This document shows, one piece after another, positions 30,841 to 38,659 of a stretch of DNA of 64,000 nucleotides. The notes under the pieces were generated by a model that saw nothing but the letters and a program-made list of their open reading frames with translations, searched no databases and was not told the DNA's origin. Each line of letters starts with the position of its first letter. The stretch's first letter is position 1. The DNA is taken from assembly GCA_965232515.1 (NCBI GenBank), contig CBDDPY010000002.1, forward strand, positions 6,752,001-6,816,000, in the 5' to 3' direction. The position numbers and the translations under genes were made by a program. This DNA comes from Alphaproteobacteria bacterium. Its GTDB lineage: Bacteria; Pseudomonadota; Alphaproteobacteria; GCA-2731375.

Positions 30841-31448
30841 GACGACTCCTGACTGTTCTCGCCGCCGGTCTGGTGCTCATGACGACCCCGGCGGCGGCGA
30901 TCACCTACACGCTCGACTTCGATTTCGGCGGCGGCGCGTTTCTGACCGGCACGATCGAGACTGACGGCACGCTGGGCGCGTTCGATGGCTTGGGCGAGTT
31001 CGTGGCCTGGTCTTTGACCATATCGGACGGCGTCGACAGTGGCGATATCGTCAGCGACGCGTTTGCGACCAACTACGTCTACCTGGACGGCTCGTCGGGA
31101 GGCACCCCCTGGCACGCGACGGAGACCAGCCTCAGCTTCGATTTCGGCAACGAAATTCCGGCTGTGGCCGTATTCGCCCCGCCGGACTTGGGGTTTCTAC
31201 AGGTCGGTTTCTGCACGCCGTTGATTTCTTGCCCGGCAGTGAACGGACCGGGAATTGGCATGCTGTTCGAGCAGCCGACCGGCTCAGAGGAACCTCCATT
31301 TTTCCTGTTCGAACCGGAAGTGTTTGTGGTCGGCGAGGTGGTGCCAGTGTCGCTGCCGGGCACGCTGCCGCTGATGCTGGGGGCGCTCGGCCTCGGCTGG
31401 CTCTGCTGCCGCCGCCGTACCGGAGCCGCGGCCGTTGCGGCGGCGTAG
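30837..31448 (+). CDS. PEP-CTERM-like surface protein, array copy 4
   Basis: Paralog starting MRRLLTVL; ATGA overlap; tail VSLPGTLPLMLGALGLGWLCCRRR. Confidence 0.8.
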   Translation: MRRLLTVLAAGLVLMTTPAAAITYTLDFDFGGGAFLTGTIETDGTLGAFDGLGEFVAWSLTISDGVDSGDIVSDAFATNYVYLDGSSGGTPWHATETSLSFDFGNEIPAVAVFAPPDLGFLQVGFCTPLISCPAVNGPGIGMLFEQPTGSEEPPFFLFEPEVFVVGEVVPVSLPGTLPLMLGALGLGWLCCRRRTGAAAVAAA

Positions 31449-31705
31449 CGGGCATTTTTCATCCCCAACCACGCCATCGTCCGCGCGTCGTCGTGCGGTC
31501 GACAGGGGCGTCGCGCCGTTTTCACGATACCCCCACCATCGGGCGGCGCGGCGTTCCTGGCCCGCGGGCGGCATGTCGCCGAGCGCGGGGTCGCGCGCAG
31601 GCGCCCGCCCGCGGCGCCGCGGTTCACACAGGTCTCCCCCGCGACGCCTTTCGGCAGGCTCCCGGCGGATCGGGCGTCTGTGCGCGACACCGGCTGCGGT
31701 GGGCG

Positions 31706-32827
31706 CTAGGTGCCGGGTGGCCCGTCGGCAGGCATGCCTTCCATATCGACGGGCTCGTAATAGTGCTTGTCGCCGAGCGCCCGCACGCGGGCCCAGAATT
31801 CCGGTCCGGCGGCGATGCCGTTGTCGAGGGGCCTGGCGGCCTGGCGCCAGATGTTCCACGACTCGGGATGCAGCCGGCTGGCCTCGGCCAGCAATGCCTC
31901 GCCTTCGTCCGTGTCGCCGGTCTGACGCAGATAGAGCCCCAGGCGAAACAGCACATGGGCGCGGGCGGCGTCGGCGTCGGGCGATCTCAGATGCGCCCGC
32001 GCCTGGTCGTCGGTGAAGGCGTGCGGGCTGTCGGGGCCGCGTTCGATCCAGTCGCGGATGGCGGCGACATAGGTCGACTTGGCTTCGGCGGTCTTGGCGG
32101 CGACGTCGTCGGGCATGGTGCGCGTGGCGAGGTCCATCGCCCGGAAGCCCTCGTAGGCGCCAGCATTCTCCGCCGGCCGGACCATGCGGCCACGCTCGTC
32201 GATCCACACCGCCTGCGGCACGTTGACCATATCGTAGAGCTCGGCCAGCCGATGCTCCCGGTCGATCAGGGCGGGGTAGGTGGGACGGGCCGCCTCGATC
32301 CAGGGGCGCGCCGCCGCGATGTCGTTGTCCATGGCGACGGCGATGACGACAAAGTTCTGTTCCCGGTAATCGTCGTAGAGGCTCTGCCACACGGACAGAT
32401 CAGCACGACAGCCTCACCAGGACGCCCAGGTCGCGAGCAGGACCTTCTTGCCGCGGTAATCGGAGAGCGCGTGGCGACGGCCTGCCAGGTCGGGCAGGGT
32501 GAAGTCCGGCGCCTGCAGCGTCTTCAGCCGGCTGGTCCGGGCCTCGGCGCCGTCGCCGAATGCCCAGACCGCGCCATCGGTGCTGTGGGCGCACGGGCGG
32601 TTCATGCGTTGCCAGAACGCCGCCAGGTTGATGGCGTCCTCGCGCACGAATTTGTCGGCGCGGCTCGCCGGCACGGGCACGCAGATATCGTCGCGGCACA
32701 GGCCTTCGGGCTTCATCGTCCAGCCCGACAGCCGTTCGCAATCCTCAGGCGACAGCCACAGCTCGCCATCGCCGCCCGCGCGCGCCGACACGTCGGCGGG
32801 ACCTGCCGCCCTCAGCACTGTTGTCAT
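31706..32827 (-). CDS. Redoxin / AhpC-TSA (TlpA-like) selenoprotein with C-terminal TPR-like helices; in-frame UGA (32414-32416) read as Sec
   Basis: APDFTLPDLAGRRHALSDYRGKKVLLATWASW-TGA-GCRADL continues in frame into ORF 31706..32392; hairpin just after the UGA; RBS GGAGAA before ATG 32827. Confidence 0.85.
32376..32413 (-). other. Putative bacterial SECIS element
   Basis: After the UGA: upper stem UCUGUC-[CGUGU]-GGCAGA with loop about 21 nt downstream and G at loop position 2; lower pairing GAGGCU/AGCCUC. Confidence 0.6.
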
Positions 32828-32962
32828 GAACAGGTTCTCCTTCGATACAGACATTCGTGGCAACTATGCCGGTTCCGCGCGCCGGCACAAAGCCTTGACC
32901 GGCAGCCGTATCGTATCATCGGCGGCTTGATGCCGTTGACCTGCCGGTGGAAGACGTAGTGC

Positions 32963-33967
32963 ATGCCTGACGATCCCGAAGTGCTGACAACGCTGTCGGA
33001 AAGCTATCGCCGGTTCGCCGTCGAGGAGGCCCGCGGCGTCTCGGCGCTGTATGAGAGCATGGCCGGTTTCATTGCGCAGTCGTCCGAGCTCCTTCGCTTC
33101 CTCGTATCGCTGCCGGTCGAATGCCGGCAGCCGAATCTGTTTCTGGCCGCCGTGCGGCACGTGGCCGGCGTGCCGGCGAGCGGCGAGGCGCTGGTGGATA
33201 TCATTCGGCGATCGCCCGCCGATGTGCGGCAGGTGATGCTGGGCCGGACGACGCAGACGAACGAGCCGGGCCGCTGCGCCGTCCTGTTGCCCGTCCTGGC
33301 CAGCTTGCCGCAGCCGCTGGCACTGCTGGAGGTTGGCGCGTCGGCGGGGCTGTGTCTGTTGCCCGACCGCTACGGGTACGACTATGGCGCGGTTTCGCGG
33401 TTGCCCGAGTCCGGGTCCGGAACGCCGCCGGTCTTTCCTTGCCGGGCAACGGCCGAAACGCCGTTGCCGGCGGCCCTGCCGACGATCGTGTGGCGCACGG
33501 GGCTCGATTTGAATCCACTCGACGTCTACGCCGAGGCCGACATGGGTTGGCTCGAGACGCTGGTCTGGCCGGGCCAGAAGCATCGCGCGGCGCGGCTGCG
33601 GGCAGCGATCGATGTGGCGCGGCAGGACCCGCCGTGGGTCCACCGTGGCGATCTGCTGACGGACCTGCCGGCGCTGATGGACACCGCGCCCAAGGACGCG
33701 ACGCTGGTCGTCTTCCACACCGCCGTTCTCGCCTACATTCCCGACCGCGGCCTGCGCGAGCGGTTCGCCGAGGCGATGACGGCCTCGCCGGCGGTGTGGA
33801 TCAGCAACGAGTCGCCGCGGGTATTTCCGCAACTGGCCGCGAAAGCGCCGGCGCCGAGCGCGCCCGGCCAGTTCCTCCTGTCGGTGGACGGCGCGCCGGT
33901 CGCCTGGACCGGCCCGCACGGCCAGTCCATCGAATGGTTCGGTGGGTCGGCGCTCTCGTTAGCGTAG
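32963..33967 (+). CDS. DUF2332 family protein
   Basis: TQTNEPGRCA, LALLEVGASAGLCLLPDRYGY, GLDLNPLD and LVVFHTAVLAY. Confidence 0.85.
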   Translation: MPDDPEVLTTLSESYRRFAVEEARGVSALYESMAGFIAQSSELLRFLVSLPVECRQPNLFLAAVRHVAGVPASGEALVDIIRRSPADVRQVMLGRTTQTNEPGRCAVLLPVLASLPQPLALLEVGASAGLCLLPDRYGYDYGAVSRLPESGSGTPPVFPCRATAETPLPAALPTIVWRTGLDLNPLDVYAEADMGWLETLVWPGQKHRAARLRAAIDVARQDPPWVHRGDLLTDLPALMDTAPKDATLVVFHTAVLAYIPDRGLRERFAEAMTASPAVWISNESPRVFPQLAAKAPAPSAPGQFLLSVDGAPVAWTGPHGQSIEWFGGSALSLA

Positions 33968-34042
33968 GTCTTGTCTGTAATCCGCCTCGACGGCGCATCA
34001 ACGGCAACGTCTCGCGATGTCGGCCGCGCAACAACGTGGCCG

Positions 34043-35437
34043 TCAGATGTTGGGGTGACGTCCGGAATTTCCGCTTGATTGCTCGTAGGCATGCGCCAAT
34101 TGCAGCAATCGCGCTTCGCCGAAAGGCTGGCCGACGAGTTGCAGGCCAATCGGCAGACCGTGGTCGTCGAAGCCGGCCGGCACCGAGACGGCGGGAACAC
34201 CCAGTGCGTTAAACGGCAAGGTGTTGCGCATGCGCTCACCGACCATGGACGGGTCGTCTTCGTCGACCCGACAGGCCGGTGCGGTCGTGGTCGGCAATAC
34301 GAGAGCGTCGAAACCGGCAAAGGCCGCCAGATATTCCTCGGTAGCAAGGCGTCTAATGCGCTGGCCTTGAACGTACTGAACGCCGGAAAACTGTTGCCCG
34401 ACCTCGATGAGTTCGCGAAGCACCGGGCCAAAGGCGTCCGGCGCCTCCTTATACCTGTGGGCGTGAAAGGCCGCACACTCAACGAATATGAGCGTTGACG
34501 CCACGTGGTAGAGATCCTTGAGGTTCGGCAGTTCGACTTCTTCAACGCGGGCGCCCAGGCTCTCGAATATCGCCAAAGCGCGCGCCGTCGCATCCTCCCA
34601 TTGCTTGTCCGCGGTGGCGTAGCTGCCCCGTCGCATGACGGCAAGCCGCGCGCCTTGGATTTCCCCGTCCAAAGCAGCCACGTAGTCGACCTCTTGTGTC
34701 AACACGCTCGACGGATCTCTCGGATCGTGACCGGCGATGACCTGTAGCATGATCGCGGTTTCGCGCACGGTACGGGCCATGGGCCCGACATGGTCAAGAG
34801 AGTATGCGAGCGGCATCGCGCCGTATTTCGACACCAGTCCGTATGTCGGCTTCAGGCCGACCACGCCGCAGAGCGCCGCCGGTTGGCGGATCGACATTGC
34901 CGTATCCGATCCGATGGCGCCATAGGCCAAACCCGCGGCCACCGCAGCCGCCGAGCCGCCGGAAGATCCGCCCGTGATATAGTCGGTATTCCATGGATTG
35001 TTCGGTCCGCCGAAGACCGACGACTGGCTGCTCGAATCCGCCGCACCCTCCGACAGATTGGTTTTACCGACCAGAACCGCGCCGGCATCGGCCAGCCGCG
35101 TCACCACCGTGGCATCGTAGTCGGTGACGTAGTTCTCATAGGCGCGGGACGCAAAGGTCGTGGGAATGCCCTTGGTTACCAGCAAGTCCTTGATGGCAAC
35201 GGGAACCCCGTGCAGCGGTCCTCGGATGCGGCCTTCGCGGCGTTCTTGATCCGCCCGATCCGCCTGGTGCAGCGCCAACTCGTCGGTGACACGAATGAAG
35301 GCGTTGAGCGACGGTTCCTTTTCGGCAATGCGATCCAAGATCGCCTGCGTCAGTTCGACCGCGGTCGCTTCGCCTGCTTTGAATAAATCCGCGATCTCAT
35401 CGATCGAGCGGTAATGGACATCCTCCGGCAGGCTCAC
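34043..35437 (-). CDS. Amidase signature family enzyme (GatA/AtzE-like), lower GC
   Basis: GPLHGVPVAIKD, GGSSGGSAAAVAAG and GSDTAMSIRQPAA. Confidence 0.92.
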   Translation of the reverse strand: MSLPEDVHYRSIDEIADLFKAGEATAVELTQAILDRIAEKEPSLNAFIRVTDELALHQADRADQERREGRIRGPLHGVPVAIKDLLVTKGIPTTFASRAYENYVTDYDATVVTRLADAGAVLVGKTNLSEGAADSSSQSSVFGGPNNPWNTDYITGGSSGGSAAAVAAGLAYGAIGSDTAMSIRQPAALCGVVGLKPTYGLVSKYGAMPLAYSLDHVGPMARTVRETAIMLQVIAGHDPRDPSSVLTQEVDYVAALDGEIQGARLAVMRRGSYATADKQWEDATARALAIFESLGARVEEVELPNLKDLYHVASTLIFVECAAFHAHRYKEAPDAFGPVLRELIEVGQQFSGVQYVQGQRIRRLATEEYLAAFAGFDALVLPTTTAPACRVDEDDPSMVGERMRNTLPFNALGVPAVSVPAGFDDHGLPIGLQLVGQPFGEARLLQLAHAYEQSSGNSGRHPNI

Positions 35438-35670
35438 GTCGTTCGCCTGCCGATAAGCATGCTGACATGCGCCGGCTCGGTCAGGTCAAGTCGGCCTTCC
35501 CAACCGGCGACACGTTTTGCGAAGGCCAAGACATGTCCCAATCGTCCCCGGTTGCGGGCGATCTCATCCAGCGACATATCGCGTCCCAATTCGGACCGGA
35601 TGCGTTCCTGAAGAACTTTCAGATCTTCGTCCATCAATTTCGGCCCTGATGGCTTATCGGATCCGACCAT
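35434..35670 (-). CDS. Small protein coupled to the amidase (GatC/AtzG-like partner?)
   Basis: 66-78 aa, predicted helical, ends ..LTEPAH..; GTGA overlap with the amidase start. Confidence 0.55.
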   Translation of the reverse strand: MVGSDKPSGPKLMDEDLKVLQERIRSELGRDMSLDEIARNRGRLGHVLAFAKRVAGWEGRLDLTEPAHVSMLIGRRTT

Positions 35671-35839
35671 CCCGTAGGTCTTTGACGGTACAGATTTCGA
35701 TAAGCAACGAAAAGGCGAATTGATTCCGAGTTATCGAGGCCAACGGATCGGCAAACATCCGAATGGGGTCGGAGCCGCTTTAACCGCGATGATTGCGTTG
35801 ACCGTGCCCGTTGTTTGGACAGACTCCTTCTCAAGCTCG

Positions 35840-35862
35840 ATTAAGTATACTGTCACCGGAAC
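35840..35862 (-). repeat. Copy of the TT[AC]CGGTGACAG repeat
   Basis: Minus strand GTTCCGGTGACAGTATACTTAAT, matching the copy at 21615-21637. Confidence 0.65.
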
Positions 35863-35906
35863 TGCCGAAACTATCTATGGCCTGACCGCCATCGGGCCGG
35901 ATCAGC

Positions 35907-36347
35907 CTACGGCGCAACCTTCACGTCCCACGGTCCTTTCTGGTGGAGGTACATGACGCATGGCTCTTCGCTGACGCAGCGAGTCAGGTGCCTGACGTTG
36001 GCCGGCATGTAGTAGTAGGCGCCCGCGGCATGCGTCTGGACCTGCTGGGTGTCGGCGATGACGTTTTCGAAGGTGCCGGACAAGATAACCGAATGGTAGG
36101 CGTGCGAATGCATGTGCATGGGCGACGCGGTTCCGGGGTTCCACTTCGACAGCCGGCCATAGGCTGATCTCTGCATATCGCCCCAGAGCGGGGCGGCGGC
36201 GCCGACCGGCGTGGGGAACCATTCGATCTGTTCCGGCGATTTCGCGATCATCTCGTCCTGCGACAGGGCCTCCGAGGATGTCAGGCCGAGTCCGAGCGTG
36301 GCGACCGCGGCCGCCATTAAAACCGGTAAGGGCATCGGGTAGTTCAT
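35907..36347 (-). CDS. Exported cupin-domain protein (DUF4437-like)
   Basis: Signal peptide; LWGD, PMHMHSHAYHSVILSG, GAYYYMPANVRH.TRC. Confidence 0.8.
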   Translation of the reverse strand: MNYPMPLPVLMAAAVATLGLGLTSSEALSQDEMIAKSPEQIEWFPTPVGAAAPLWGDMQRSAYGRLSKWNPGTASPMHMHSHAYHSVILSGTFENVIADTQQVQTHAAGAYYYMPANVRHLTRCVSEEPCVMYLHQKGPWDVKVAP

Positions 36348-36576
36348 CGCACATCTCCTTGTTTGGACGCCGTGGTCGCGTCGGCGCGAGAGACAGGGTT
36401 CTCGGATGGTTGACGAATGGCGCGCGTCAGAATCGACGGCTTCACGGTCATTTGATGACAGCGGCTTCGATACGAAGCTTCGGCCCGTCAATACGGACGC
36501 GCCTCAGACATGCAGGTCGACCAGCATCGCATTGCCGTCGGGGTCGATGACGACGAAACCCGCCGCGCCGCTGAGA

Positions 36577-36957
36577 TCAGGTCGCTTTGACCATACAGAA
36601 GAAGGCGATCTTGTGACCGTCCAGATCCCGGCAGTAGCCGAATTCCGTCTTGCGCGTACCGCGCGGTCCCGGCGCGCCTTCATCGGTGCCACCCAACGAC
36701 AGGGCCTTGGCGTGCATCTCCGCGACCTTTTCCGGGCTGTCGACGGGAATCGCCACCATGGTGCCGTTGCCGACGGTCGCGGTCCCGCCGTCGAAGGGCT
36801 TGATCACGCCCAGCATGCCGCCGGTCGGTGCTGTACCCCAGACCGTAATGTGGTCGCCGTCATGAATGCGTGTCGCACCGACGTCGCCCAGCAAGGCATC
36901 GTAAAACCCGCGCGCTCTGTCGATGTCGTTCGTGCCGAGCGTCATATAGCCAATCAT
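36577..36957 (-). CDS. VOC family protein
   Basis: MIGYMTLGTND, PFDGGTATVGNGTM, GGTDEGAPGPR and RDLDGHKI. Confidence 0.9.
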   Translation of the reverse strand: MIGYMTLGTNDIDRARGFYDALLGDVGATRIHDGDHITVWGTAPTGGMLGVIKPFDGGTATVGNGTMVAIPVDSPEKVAEMHAKALSLGGTDEGAPGPRGTRKTEFGYCRDLDGHKIAFFCMVKAT

Positions 36958-37126
36958 GATTTCCCCCACCTGATGCGCGCGGCGACGGGCGGCCGCGATG
37001 TCACCTCACTTATTGCCGATGGAGACGCGTCCGTAAAGGCTTGCCCGGGACCTGGGTCGAGTGCGTAATCTGATCGGCGCGATCGGTTTGTGGACGGCGG
37101 ATGCCGGCGTCAGTGAGAGGTGGGGA

Positions 37127-38035
37127 ATGAGCGAGTTCACGGCTGACGGGATCCATACGGCGCTGGTGACAGCGTTCGGCGAGGACGGGAACCTCGACGC
37201 GCAAGCGCTCGCCGAGAGCGTCCGGTTCCAGATCGCGGCCGGCGTGCAGGGGGTCTGCGCGCTGGGCGGCACTGGCGAGCCGCTGGCGCTGACATCGGAC
37301 GAAACCAAACGAGTGATCGACACCGTCGTCGCGGCGGCGAACAGGCGGATCGCGGTCGTGATCGGCTGTCTGGCCGCATCCCAGCCAGACATCATCGCCG
37401 CCGGCCGGCATGCCAAGGCGGCGGGCGCGGACGCGGTGATGGTGCTGCCGCCCTACTTTGTCGGGGCGACGCCCCGACACATTGCCGGGCATTTGGGCGA
37501 GGTGGCCGCGGCCGTCGACCTGCCGCTGGTCCTGTTCAACACGCCGTCGCGGGCGGGCCTCTGTCTCGAGGTCGCGTTCGTTCTTGAGCTGGTCGATGCC
37601 GTGCCGCAGTTCGTCGCCATCAAGGAGGCGAGCGGCGATATGGTCGCGGTAACCGAGCTGGCGCGGCGGGCGCCCGAAGGGTTTTCGGTCTTGCAGGGAC
37701 TCGACGAACTTATCCTGCCGACGCTGGCGGTTGGCGGCAGGGGCGCAATGGTCTCCGGTTCCTGTTTGACGCCCCGGCTTCATGTCGCGCTCGCCGCGGC
37801 CTTTCAGGGGGGCGACCTAGCGCGCGCCCGCGCGCTGCAGCACGCCCTGATGCCGCTCTGCCATGCGATCTACCGCGAGCCGAACCCAGCGCCGCTGAAG
37901 CGGGCGCTCACCATGGTGGGGCGCGGCGCGGGGCCGACCCGGCCGCCGCTCGGCGAGGTCGAGGACGAGACGGTGACCCGGCTGCAGGCCGCGCTCGCCG
38001 ATCTCGGTCCCTGGCTCGACGCCGGTCCGGAATAG
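37127..38035 (+). CDS. Dihydrodipicolinate synthase (DapA/NAL) family aldolase with a non-canonical triad
   Basis: LGGTGE, LPPYF, LFNTPSRAG, AIKEASGD and EPNPAPLK. Confidence 0.85.
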   Translation: MSEFTADGIHTALVTAFGEDGNLDAQALAESVRFQIAAGVQGVCALGGTGEPLALTSDETKRVIDTVVAAANRRIAVVIGCLAASQPDIIAAGRHAKAAGADAVMVLPPYFVGATPRHIAGHLGEVAAAVDLPLVLFNTPSRAGLCLEVAFVLELVDAVPQFVAIKEASGDMVAVTELARRAPEGFSVLQGLDELILPTLAVGGRGAMVSGSCLTPRLHVALAAAFQGGDLARARALQHALMPLCHAIYREPNPAPLKRALTMVGRGAGPTRPPLGEVEDETVTRLQAALADLGPWLDAGPE

Positions 38036-38053
38036 CGTCGGAGCCGCGTTGGC

Positions 38054-38542
38054 CTAGTCGACGAACTTCCAGGCGCCGTCGGGCTGGCGGCAGGCCTGGC
38101 CGTAGAGCTGTTGCTCGCGGCCGGCGATGGTGGCCGTGGTGATGACTTCGCGGCAGGGACCGGCGCCGACGACATCGTTGGGCACGGGGGCCGGTGCCGC
38201 GTCGGGAAGGGGCGCGACCGTGACCTCGTTTTCCCGGCTGTAGTCATCGTCGCGCCAGTCGTCGTAACGGTCCCGATCTGCGACATGGTAGCGATAAGGA
38301 CCGTGGTCGCGGCGCCAGTGATGCGGGCGCTTGCACTTGACCTTCTTGCGATAGCCCTTGCGGCCGTATTTCTCGACGATCTTGCAGCCGTTGATGTAGC
38401 GCACGCTCTTGTAGGACTGGTGCGCGTGGTGATGCGGGCCGTGCCAGCCGGGACCGTCATGATGCTTCCAGGAATGCGCGGCGGCGGGCGAGAGTGGGGC
38501 GATCAGCAGTGGCAGCAGCGGGAGCAGGAATTTCATTTTCAT
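38054..38542 (-). CDS. Exported His-rich protein with a C-terminal 17-kDa surface-antigen-like domain
   Basis: Signal peptide; CREVITTATIAGREQQLYGQACRQPDGAWK. Confidence 0.7.
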   Translation of the reverse strand: MKMKFLLPLLPLLIAPLSPAAAHSWKHHDGPGWHGPHHHAHQSYKSVRYINGCKIVEKYGRKGYRKKVKCKRPHHWRRDHGPYRYHVADRDRYDDWRDDDYSRENEVTVAPLPDAAPAPVPNDVVGAGPCREVITTATIAGREQQLYGQACRQPDGAWKFVD

Positions 38543-38659
38543 GACGGCACGTCCTCGGCGACCTTGGAATCGATGCGCCTATCTGAGCATGCCGGCGCTA
38601 TATCGGACCTGAACGCGCCGTTCATGTCAGGTTCATCCGCGCGCCGGCGTCACGTCCAT

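Noticed and set aside
28959-31448. Array as a diversity-generating retroelement target or CRISPR-like array
   Set aside because: No reverse transcriptase or cas genes in the window; units are whole genes of about 600 bp and differences include indels and all bases, not adenine-specific changes
31706-32863. Pseudogene or two separate genes (32414..32863 and 31706..32392)
   Set aside because: Both parts are in one frame, the single UGA sits at the catalytic Cys position and a SECIS-like hairpin follows
31229-32959. 576-aa plus-strand ORF
   Set aside because: Shadow frame opposite the selenoprotein gene with low-complexity Arg/Gly/Ala composition
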